Part shown: positions 10,555 through 18,126 of the stretch, in pieces
Layout: each line of letters starts with the position of its first letter
Position numbering within the stretch: position 1 is the stretch's first letter
Assembly (NCBI GenBank): GCA_963666985.2
Contig: CAXXIA010000001.1
Location: forward strand, 96,001-160,000
Direction: 5' to 3'
Source of the DNA: Spirochaetia bacterium
Lineage (GTDB): Bacteria; Spirochaetota; Spirochaetia; DSM-2461
Length of the DNA stretch: 64,000 nucleotides
Position numbers and translations under genes: made by a program
Notes under the pieces: generated by a model
Told to the model about the DNA's origin: nothing
Database searches by the model: none
Seen by the model: only the letters and a program-made list of their open reading frames with translations

Positions 10555-11787
10555 TTATTCTTCGGCCAATTCCTGAATTTGCCGGATTAAATCCTTCAGC
10601 CGCCTGTTTTCGGCACGGCTGTCTTCCAACTGATTTTCCAGCTCGCTGCTTTTCGTTTTTTCCTCATTGAGGCGGGCGGCCGTTTCCGCCCGCAGGCGAG
10701 CCGCTTCGGCGGCGTCCGCTTCCCTCTGCGCCCTCTCGGCGGCGATGCGGGCTTCGGCCTCGGCGTTCATTTCGGATTGATCCGAGAACCGGCTTCTCAG
10801 TTCGGCAAGACGTTTTTCGTATTCTTCCCGAAGTCTGGCTAAAAGCGGATTGTCGTCTTTTTCCTGGGCCAGGGTTTCTTCCAGATTCGCCGGATTGAGA
10901 TTGACTTCGATGAATTGATTCATCTCGGCGGTAATTTTCAGAGTGGAATCGAGGAAACCGCGGCGTCGGACGCGAACGTCGATAACCGTTCCCGCGGGCA
11001 GAAGGCCGCTGAATCGTCCTCGGCCGGTTTTCAGTCCGTCGATGTAGATGTCGGCGTCGGGAGGATTGGTTTCAAGTTCTATCCGTACGGGATTCGGCGC
11101 TTCGGCATAGCCGAAGGGCATGGCGGGAAGAGGTCTGGAGGCATCGAGTTTTTCCCGGTTGGAATCATCAAGCGTTTCGACTTTCCCGGGGCCTTCGTTC
11201 GGACGGATCATCAATTGCTGGTTCGCCGTTACGTTCGCCGAGGAGCCTTCCACGTTTCCCGATACCCGGACCGTGCCTTCGGCGACCGCGAGAGTCGTTC
11301 CTTCGGAGGATTTCTGAATAAGGAATTCGGTTCCGTGAACCTCGTATTCGGTGCCTTCGGCCAGAATGATGATGGATTCGTCTTCGTCCAGCTTTTCAAC
11401 TTTATAGGAAAGAGAGCCGGTGAGAATTTCGGTTCGCATCTCGAGTTTTGAATCGGCTCCGGTGAGTTTGAGAAAGCGCACCAGGGTGTCGCTGCCCAAA
11501 AGGGCGCTTCCTTTGCCGGCCATCTGTACTTGAGCCATCGCCCCTTCGGTGACTTTCAGGATGTCTCCGGGCGTCAGTTTCTCGCCGGGAGAGGCGGGAA
11601 TGGTCTCTTCTCCGCGGATTACGTAAACCGGCCCCGAAACATGCGTAATGACGGCGGACGTTTTTTCCGGCAGAGGCGGCGCTTCCGCCGCTTTCGGTTC
11701 GGTCAATTTGCCGTATGCGAAGACTCCGCCGAGAGCCAGAAGGATTCCGATGACGGCGCCCAAAAGAACGCGAAGAATCGATTTCAC
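10555..11787 (-). CDS. Membrane-anchored FecR + PEGA domain protein with C-terminal coiled coil
   Basis: N-terminal TM; FecR-like 'LTPGDILKV...EVHGTEF...LAVAEGTVRV'; PEGA-like 'ETNPPDADIYIDG...VRRRGF'; GTG start at 11787 after GGAGG. Confidence 0.7.
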   Translation of the reverse strand: MKSILRVLLGAVIGILLALGGVFAYGKLTEPKAAEAPPLPEKTSAVITHVSGPVYVIRGEETIPASPGEKLTPGDILKVTEGAMAQVQMAGKGSALLGSDTLVRFLKLTGADSKLEMRTEILTGSLSYKVEKLDEDESIIILAEGTEYEVHGTEFLIQKSSEGTTLAVAEGTVRVSGNVEGSSANVTANQQLMIRPNEGPGKVETLDDSNREKLDASRPLPAMPFGYAEAPNPVRIELETNPPDADIYIDGLKTGRGRFSGLLPAGTVIDVRVRRRGFLDSTLKITAEMNQFIEVNLNPANLEETLAQEKDDNPLLARLREEYEKRLAELRSRFSDQSEMNAEAEARIAAERAQREADAAEAARLRAETAARLNEEKTKSSELENQLEDSRAENRRLKDLIRQIQELAEE

Positions 11788-11791
11788 GAGA

Positions 11792-12118
11792 TCAGCCTCC
11801 GTGGGATTCAAGACGGTTCATAATAAAACTGCGCAGGGATTCATCCAGGTCTCGTGTGCTGCGTTCCGCCAGAGCCAATAAACGGCTCCGATTATAAGGA
11901 CCGTCGCTGAGAAGGACGGATTTCATTTCTCCGTTGGGAGTAACGGCTTTTTTCCACGTAATGGTGCGGGTTCCGGCCAATTTGTCGTAGCAGATTTGAA
12001 AACCTTCGAGCTTCCTGGAAAGATCGTACCACAGGATAAGCTCAAGATCGTCATCGACGAACCAGCGCCGAAGACCTTCGCCTTTGATCTGCTTGACGTT
12101 TTTCAATTCCTGGAGCAT
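11792..12118 (-). CDS. Conserved hypothetical protein
   Basis: 108-aa ORF with 'RRWF..DDLELILWYD...GFQICYDK' motif; stop sits just upstream of the next gene's start. Confidence 0.7.
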   Translation of the reverse strand: MLQELKNVKQIKGEGLRRWFVDDDLELILWYDLSRKLEGFQICYDKLAGTRTITWKKAVTPNGEMKSVLLSDGPYNRSRLLALAERSTRDLDESLRSFIMNRLESHGG

Positions 12119-12221
12119 TACACAGAGTTTACAGCTTCGAAGAAGCTATTCCAACTCCGGAGAACAAGGTCTTCGGAAAAAAAGTGATTTCCCCTGCGGC
12201 TGATTATGAAAGGCTTCCGTT

Positions 12222-12261
12222 AAAAGAGAGGCCGCTCTTCGATTTTGAACAGCGGCCTCTC
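12222..12261 (-). terminator. Rho-independent terminator
   Basis: GAGAGGCCGCT...AGCGGCCTCTC 11-bp perfect stem followed by UUUU. Confidence 0.75.
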
Positions 12262-12303
12262 AGAACCCCCCGGGGTTCGTCATGCGGAGACAAGCTCAAC
12301 GCA
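12222..12303 (-). ncRNA. Candidate ~80-nt small RNA
   Basis: Promoter TTGCGT-N17-TATCTT directly upstream, two small hairpins, then a terminator; no ORF. Confidence 0.45.
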
Positions 12304-12308
12304 ACTTT

Positions 12309-12337
12309 AAGATAGCTCTCAATACCTCTGCACGCAA
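12309..12337 (-). promoter_or_regulatory. Sigma70-like promoter
   Basis: -35 TTGCGT (12337-12332), 17-nt spacer, -10 TATCTT (12314-12309). Confidence 0.55.
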
Positions 12338-12407
12338 GAGTGAATTGACGGATATCTTACGAAGATTTCACCAAAACCGATCTGAATCGTGTTTTAATAA
12401 AAAATTT

Positions 12408-13244
12408 TCATGTTCTTTTATGATTCGGCTTTTTCATGATGGAAACGACGATTAACGCCAGAAGCGCGATGATATAGGGAAATGTTTGTGACAGCGACGC
12501 CGGAAGCGCGGCCCAGCTTTGGACTCTTCCCGAGATAATTTCAATGAGTGAAAACAAATAGGCCATTCCCAGAATGCCTATGGGCTTTCGGAAGCCAAGC
12601 CAAATGAGCACCAGGGCCATCCAGCCTCTGCCCGAGCTTATTCCGGGAACGTAGGCTTCGATGCGAAATGTCAGAAACGCTCCGGATAAAGCGGCCGAGG
12701 CCGAGGAAAGGAGCAGGGCCGTCCCTTGAAGCCTCATCGGATGCAGGCCTCTTTCGGAAATGAACTCAGGTTTGTCTCCGACGGCGCGCAGGCGTCTTCC
12801 AAAGGCGGTTTCGCGCAAAACAAGAGCGGCCGATAGGGCGAGAGGAAGCATCATCCATGCCGTCCATTCCAATGACGCCGCGGAAACGCGGATATTCCCT
12901 TTATGTCCGTAAAGAGACTGCGAGATGAGGGAGTTTAGGGAAGGAACCAGAAGATTGATTCCCATTCCGGCGATGAAGAGATTGGAGCCGAGTCTCAGAT
13001 GGACCGCGGCCAAAAGGATTCCGAGGATTGCTCCGGCGGCCGCGGCTCCCGATACGGCGAGAAACGGCGATGCACCGGCCGCGGCAAGAACGGCGGCCGT
13101 AAACGCTCCGGCGCCGATGCAGCCTTCCAGTGAGATATTTAAAACGCCGGCGCGTTCCGAAAAGAGTCCCCCCAAGGCTGCTATGACGAGGGGAACGGAT
13201 GAGATTCCGACCGGCGCCGCTATATTCGAAATAAAGGCCGTCAT
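12408..13244 (-). CDS. ABC transporter permease (RfuD-like, BPD_transp_2)
   Basis: 'LGGLFSERAGVLNISLEG', 'GRGWMAL'; ATGA overlap with upstream permease places the start at 13244. Confidence 0.88.
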   Translation of the reverse strand: MTAFISNIAAPVGISSVPLVIAALGGLFSERAGVLNISLEGCIGAGAFTAAVLAAAGASPFLAVSGAAAAGAILGILLAAVHLRLGSNLFIAGMGINLLVPSLNSLISQSLYGHKGNIRVSAASLEWTAWMMLPLALSAALVLRETAFGRRLRAVGDKPEFISERGLHPMRLQGTALLLSSASAALSGAFLTFRIEAYVPGISSGRGWMALVLIWLGFRKPIGILGMAYLFSLIEIISGRVQSWAALPASLSQTFPYIIALLALIVVSIMKKPNHKRT

Positions 13245-14299
13245 AGCGTTACATCCGTTTGCCGGGCGCAGCCGGCTTTTTTTCGCCGTTTTTCTCGAAT
13301 CAGGCCAAAACCGAAACGTGCCGTTACCAGAAGGAACACCACGGCCTGGACAACGCCTGAAAGAGAGTATGAGAATCCCGAATGCGTCATGGCCGCCTGT
13401 GTTCCGGCATAAAGCCAGGCATAGGCGAGGGCCGCAAGCGGCACGAACTCGGGACGGGAAGCGGCGATAAGGGCCACCGCCAGTCCGTTCCATCCCAGCC
13501 CGCCGGTGAATCCCTGCACGGCCTGGCCGCCGTCCATAAGGGCCGCCGCGCCGGCCAGACCGAAAAGTCCTCCGGATGCGGCCAGAGAGGCCGTTGCGAT
13601 AACACCGGTACGCAAACCGCCGTATCGCGCGAATTGCTTGCTCTTTCCGCACAGGCGCCATTCGTATCCGATTCGGCTGTAGGTAAAGAACAAATAAGCG
13701 GCGGCCGCGATGAGAACGGCCCAGATCGCGGCGCTTCCCAGTCGGGAGGGGGGCAGCCAGGCCTTAAGTCCGTAAGCGTCGGGCAGGGGAGGGGCGGCGA
13801 TTAAATAACTGTCCGCATCTTTCATCGGACCGCCGAGAAGCACCGCTTCGATCGGAAGGACGGCGGCCGAGACAAGGAAGGTGCTGATCATTTCATCGAT
13901 ATTCCGGCGGGCCTTAAGAAAACCTGAAAAGCCGCCGATTAAGGCGCCCGCGGCGACGGCGACGGCCGCCGCAAGGGAGACCGCCATGAATTTCGACGGA
14001 TTCGGAAGCAGTATGGCCGTGGCGGCGGCCGCAAGTCCTCCGGCCAGGGCCTGGCCTTCGCCGCCGAGATTGAAGAATCCCGCCCGAAAGGCCAGGGCCG
14101 CCGCCGTACCGGCTAAAGTGAGGCGGGAAGCCGACGCGAGGAAATCCCCCAAAACAAGGGAATTGCGGACAGGTCCGGTGAGTATCCATAACATCGCACG
14201 GCCGGGAGTGTCCGAGAGTCCGGCCGTTATGGCGGTAATAATGCCAAGCGCGGCAAATAAAGCGGCCGCCGGTGAAAAGACGGAGCGCAATCGCTTCAT
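13241..14299 (-). CDS. ABC transporter permease (RfuC-like)
   Basis: 'AFRAGFFNLGGEGQ', 'GWNGLAVAL'; ATGA overlap with the ATPase gene. Confidence 0.88.
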   Translation of the reverse strand: MKRLRSVFSPAAALFAALGIITAITAGLSDTPGRAMLWILTGPVRNSLVLGDFLASASRLTLAGTAAALAFRAGFFNLGGEGQALAGGLAAAATAILLPNPSKFMAVSLAAAVAVAAGALIGGFSGFLKARRNIDEMISTFLVSAAVLPIEAVLLGGPMKDADSYLIAAPPLPDAYGLKAWLPPSRLGSAAIWAVLIAAAAYLFFTYSRIGYEWRLCGKSKQFARYGGLRTGVIATASLAASGGLFGLAGAAALMDGGQAVQGFTGGLGWNGLAVALIAASRPEFVPLAALAYAWLYAGTQAAMTHSGFSYSLSGVVQAVVFLLVTARFGFGLIREKRRKKAGCARQTDVTL

Positions 14300-15909
14300 C
14301 CCGCCTTCCTTCCCGCAATCAGATGGGCCGCGTCGAGACGGTTCCACGAAGCGGTGGAAAAAACGGAGGACAGCCTTCCTCCGGAGAGCACGGCCATACG
14401 GCCGGAGAGCTCCAGAGCTTCATCGAGATCCGATGTGAGAAGCAGAACGGCGGAACCCGTCCGGGATAATTCCCGAATACGGCCGTGTATGTTCCTTCGG
14501 CTTATTTCGTCCAATCCCCGTGTCGGATCGGCAAGAACGACCAAGCGGGAACCGGAACGTAATTCACGCTGCAGAATGACTTTCTGAATGTTTCCTCCGG
14601 AGAGTTCTTCAAGCTTTTGATCCGGTTTTCCGGCGATGTTTCCCGAACGTCGCCGCTCTTCGGTCCAGTCGCGGATTCGGTCCGGCTGAAGCAGTCCGTG
14701 TACGGCAAGAGTCCGCGATTCGAGCACCATCATGTTTTCCGCCATCGTTGAAGACGGACTTGCTCCTTTGCCGAAGGTATCCGAGGGAACATAGCGAAGT
14801 CCTTCTTTCCGCAGATTCGAGATTCCGGCGGGTGATTGTTTGCCGAATGTTTTCCCGTTTATGGTCAATTCGCCGGAAGTCGGCGCGAGCTCTCCCGTAA
14901 TCACCTCTTCGAGCCGGTCCATTCCCCCTTCATGGATTCCGGTAACGGCGAGGATTTCCCCGGGATTCAAATCAAAACTGATCTTTTTCAGCACTTCTCT
15001 GCCGGCGATGTTCAAGGATAAATCCCGAAGCGAAAGCGTCGGAGGCGAGGCGGCCGCCTTTATGGGCGTTTCTTTTTTTGCCGATTCGGAAATTTCGGCC
15101 GTATCCGCCGCCGAACCGGCTTTTGCCTGCAGGCGGTACGGTTTTGATCCGGCCGATTCCTTTGTAACCGTGCCCGCCGAGTCGCCGAACATGGCCCTCA
15201 TCACCTCGTTTCGCGAAAGATGGGCGACCGGTGCGTTCAGCACGGCTTTTCCATGGCGCAGCACCGTTACCTCGTCCGCGGTTCTCAACACATCTTCAAT
15301 GCGGTGAGTCACAAGAAGAACGGCCTTGCCGTCGGTCTTCAGCCGGTCGATCAGATCGAAAAACTCTTCGGATCGTCCTTCTTCCCATGCGGAAGCCGGT
15401 TCGTCCAAAATCAGAATTTCCGGATGAAACATCAGGGCGGCGGCCATCTGCGCTCTCTGGAGGGCGGCCGCGTCCGTTCGGGATACGGACTGACGGGGAT
15501 TGAGTTCGCCCAGATTCCACTCTTCGATCACCGCCGTGAAGCGCTCGGTCCATTTCGATCGGCCGACAAAGATCTTCTCACGGCCCAGGACGGCGGCTTC
15601 CCAGAGTTCCAGGGATTTCGGCCAAATGCTTCTCTGTCTGACCAGACCGATCCCGTCAATCAGGCCCATACGGCCCTTTGTTCGTGCCTCCAGGTCGATT
15701 TCCTTTTCCCTGAAGAACAGCCGGCCGGAATCGGGACGCGTTACTCCGGCCAAAATATGACCGAGAGTTGTTTTTCCCGCGCCGTTTTCACCCACAAGAG
15801 CATGAACGGAGCCCGCGGAGAGATTCAGAGACACATCCCTGCAGGCTCGCGTCCCCGATGAAGGCCATGTATGACCGACATCTCTTAACCGTGCAAGGAA
15901 TTCAGCCAT
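14296..15909 (-). CDS. Dual-domain ABC ATPase (RfuB-like, CUT2 type)
   Basis: Walker A GENGAGKTT; ILDEP; second domain LSGGNIQK and DPTRGLD. Confidence 0.9.
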   Translation of the reverse strand: MAEFLARLRDVGHTWPSSGTRACRDVSLNLSAGSVHALVGENGAGKTTLGHILAGVTRPDSGRLFFREKEIDLEARTKGRMGLIDGIGLVRQRSIWPKSLELWEAAVLGREKIFVGRSKWTERFTAVIEEWNLGELNPRQSVSRTDAAALQRAQMAAALMFHPEILILDEPASAWEEGRSEEFFDLIDRLKTDGKAVLLVTHRIEDVLRTADEVTVLRHGKAVLNAPVAHLSRNEVMRAMFGDSAGTVTKESAGSKPYRLQAKAGSAADTAEISESAKKETPIKAAASPPTLSLRDLSLNIAGREVLKKISFDLNPGEILAVTGIHEGGMDRLEEVITGELAPTSGELTINGKTFGKQSPAGISNLRKEGLRYVPSDTFGKGASPSSTMAENMMVLESRTLAVHGLLQPDRIRDWTEERRRSGNIAGKPDQKLEELSGGNIQKVILQRELRSGSRLVVLADPTRGLDEISRRNIHGRIRELSRTGSAVLLLTSDLDEALELSGRMAVLSGGRLSSVFSTASWNRLDAAHLIAGRKAG

Positions 15910-16930
15910 CGAGGACACTGAGGTCCAATTCGCCGCCGCGCATCTTTTCCAGAATGGCGTTCATGGAGCTCAAGATTTCTTCCGGAATGTGTCTGCGGAT
16001 GTTTTTCCCGTCCATCGGGAAATCGACATAGCCTTCCCGAACACCGACGAAGGTCGATTTCCCCATTTCCAATTCGCCTTTCAGCCAGAGCGAGGTCCAT
16101 TCTTCGGCGGCGCGTTCCTGATGAACCACGGCGCTTGCCAGAACCACTCCGGGAGCCTCGTCCGTTCCATCCGAATCAAACCAGAGAACATAAGCATCGG
16201 CTTCCTTGGCGGCCGCAATAACTCCCTGGTTGCCGCCGCCGGCAATGGTGAGGATTAAATTGACACCTTCGGAATACAGTCCCGAGGCCAGTTCGCGGGC
16301 TTTTCCCGCATCGTACCAGTTTCCCAGCACGCGGAATTCCAGCTTGATGTTCGGATCCACGGCCTGCAGACCGATTTCAAACCCCGGCCGGATTTCTTTT
16401 TCCATTTGCGGATATTCCTGACCGACGATGATTCCCACGCTCGGGGGAGTCTCATTCTCGCCGAAATCTCCCGAAACCGTCGCCAGCGCGGCGAAATACC
16501 CGATGAGGAAGGCCTGTTCTCTGTGATCGTAGCGGACTTCCGCGACCGACGGTCCGCCAAGGCCCGATCCGTCCAGAACCAGGAATTCCTGATTTGGATA
16601 GGATTCGGCCGCTTTCGCGCAGATTTCACTCATAGCCGGATTGGAGGTTACGATGAGTTCGTAAAGATTTTCCGAAGCCAGAGCCGCGATCTGATTGTAC
16701 CAAGCGGCCTGATCAACACCGCCTTCAACGGTTTTTACTTCAATACCGGCCGCTTCGGCCGCTTTTTTCACCCCAGTGTCCATCATTGTGTAAGTGGGGC
16801 TGCCCTCCAGAACTCCCGGTACGAAAACGGCGATGGCGCGGGTTTGTTCTTCTTTTCCGCCGCAGGATATGAACGAAAGACTTATAAGGAATAACACGGA
16901 AAATGTGAGTCGATTGAATCTGTTACGCAT
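15902..16930 (-). CDS. BMP-family lipoprotein substrate-binding protein (RfuA-like, putative riboflavin binding)
   Basis: Lipobox 'FISC'; 'AVFVPGV..GSPTY', 'SNPAM', 'GNWYDAGKA' as in spirochaete RfuA/BMP proteins; FMN-type riboswitch upstream. Confidence 0.82.
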   Translation of the reverse strand: MRNRFNRLTFSVLFLISLSFISCGGKEEQTRAIAVFVPGVLEGSPTYTMMDTGVKKAAEAAGIEVKTVEGGVDQAAWYNQIAALASENLYELIVTSNPAMSEICAKAAESYPNQEFLVLDGSGLGGPSVAEVRYDHREQAFLIGYFAALATVSGDFGENETPPSVGIIVGQEYPQMEKEIRPGFEIGLQAVDPNIKLEFRVLGNWYDAGKARELASGLYSEGVNLILTIAGGGNQGVIAAAKEADAYVLWFDSDGTDEAPGVVLASAVVHQERAAEEWTSLWLKGELEMGKSTFVGVREGYVDFPMDGKNIRRHIPEEILSSMNAILEKMRGGELDLSVLDG

Positions 16931-16937
16931 GTCTCTT

Positions 16938-16963
16938 CTCCCAATTGAGCCGACTCTTGGGAG
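16938..16963 (-). promoter_or_regulatory. SD-sequestering hairpin (riboswitch expression platform)
   Basis: CUCCCAA pairs with UUGGGAG, which contains the SD 7 nt upstream of the AUG. Confidence 0.6.
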
Positions 16964-17010
16964 GGAATTCACGGAAAGGACCCCATACGGACGGATATCC
17001 GCATCGGTGT

Positions 17011-17169
17011 GCCCTCTCTCTCATCCAGACTCACACTGTCGGTTTCGGAATTACACCGAATCCCCCGGGCCTTCGGTCCAAAGACAAACGCACTGCGTTC
17101 ACCTGCGGACACCGCTCGGATTGCGGACTTTTACCGCCGGTCGGGAATAAATCCCTCCCTCGAGAAAGC
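17011..17169 (-). promoter_or_regulatory. FMN (RFN) riboswitch-fold aptamer, variant sequence with extended P4
   Basis: P1 GCUUUCUC/GAGAGGGC; CCCGACCGGCGGUAAAAGUCCGC; GAUUCGGUGUAAUUCCGAAACCGACAG...GUCUGGAUGAGAGAG. Confidence 0.92.
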
Positions 17170-17183
17170 GTGAAATAAAGATA

Positions 17184-17207
17184 ATACCGCGAATTGAAGA
17201 GCGTCAA
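17184..17207 (-). promoter_or_regulatory. Sigma70-like promoter of the riboswitch/ABC operon
   Basis: TTGACG (17207-17202) with TATTAT/TATCTT 15-18 nt downstream. Confidence 0.55.
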
Positions 17208-17297
17208 GAGAAGTTCCTTGGCGAAGTGTGCTACAATTTAACAAGCTTTTGTTTCGGATCGATGTTTTTTTTATCCGAAAGTATAAGGAAGGTATTT

Positions 17298-17768
17298 ATG
17301 ATTTTAAATAAAAGACTGAGCATCTGTATTTTGCTGTTCACTCTTCTTGCCGCGGGAGTGTTCGCTCAGTATCAGCCGATAGACGATGAAGCGGCCAACG
17401 CTTTCAGCGTTTCGATGCAGGCCTATTTATACGGAACCATGATGTGCGCTTTCGGCCAAAATCCTCCGGGGGCTGAATTGGAGCAGACCGACAGTGAGGT
17501 TTCCATTATATTCGACGAACTCAATTTGGCGGCTCTGGGCGTTGAAGACGAAGACGGCTACACCGCGATAAGCGGTAAGGTTACCACTTCGGAAACCGAC
17601 GGCGGATCGAACATGACGGCCGATCTCACTTTATCCGGGGGGCCGATTAAATCGCTGCGTTGGTCCGTTGAGAATTACGATATGACAAGTGAAGCCGGAG
17701 ACGAAGTGGAGTTTATTATCGTTGCCGACGGAAAGCGCTTCAGGATGTCAACCGGTGATTTCGAATAG
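17298..17768 (+). CDS. Secreted hypothetical protein
   Basis: AAGGAAGG SD; signal peptide ending 'GVFA'; acidic beta-rich mature part. Confidence 0.7.
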   Translation: MILNKRLSICILLFTLLAAGVFAQYQPIDDEAANAFSVSMQAYLYGTMMCAFGQNPPGAELEQTDSEVSIIFDELNLAALGVEDEDGYTAISGKVTTSETDGGSNMTADLTLSGGPIKSLRWSVENYDMTSEAGDEVEFIIVADGKRFRMSTGDFE

Positions 17769-17896
17769 GAATTCCGGAGACGGGTTTGACATGCGGCGGT
17801 TTCAAAACCGAAGCCTTTTAAAAGAATCCTGAAGAATCGCGGCCTCCGGACGCGCATAAATTTTACCGATTCCTGAAATTGCCTCACCGGAGAATA

Positions 17897-17926
17897 TTGA
17901 CCCCGTAGACGACGAAATCGTATAGT
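17897..17926 (+). promoter_or_regulatory. Sigma70-like promoter of prs, implying a ~195-nt leader
   Basis: TTGACC-N18-TATAGT. Confidence 0.55.
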
Positions 17927-18126
17927 CAATTACGCAAACGTGATTCCAAAGAGGCTCTTTCAAAAATATCCCTTAGGCCCGCGGTGTTCGAAATGTTCAC
18001 ACGGTTCCTGCCCGGGTCTCCGCCGTTTTGAGGATTCAATTCCGAACGGCCGAATTGCGCGGAGGTTCGGCGGGGTGTATTTTGAACGAGTCTCCGGAAA
18101 CAATTGATTGGAGTGACGATACCTAA

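Noticed and set aside
12408..13661. 417-aa version of the second permease, and other extended ORF-track starts (1930, 16972, 22298, 38237, 42253, 54413)
   Set aside because: Extensions overlap upstream genes or regulatory RNA; downstream starts have an SD, ATGA coupling or a promoter.
14296..15909. Degenerate signature in NBD1 and degenerate Walker A in NBD2 as pseudogene signs
   Set aside because: Such asymmetry is usual for dual-domain CUT2-type ATPases, and the ORF is intact.
17951..18094. 6S RNA in the prs leader (contains CCCGCGGUGUUCG)
   Set aside because: It folds as a three-way junction and lacks the complementary 3' end and central bubble of 6S; kept only as a leader candidate.
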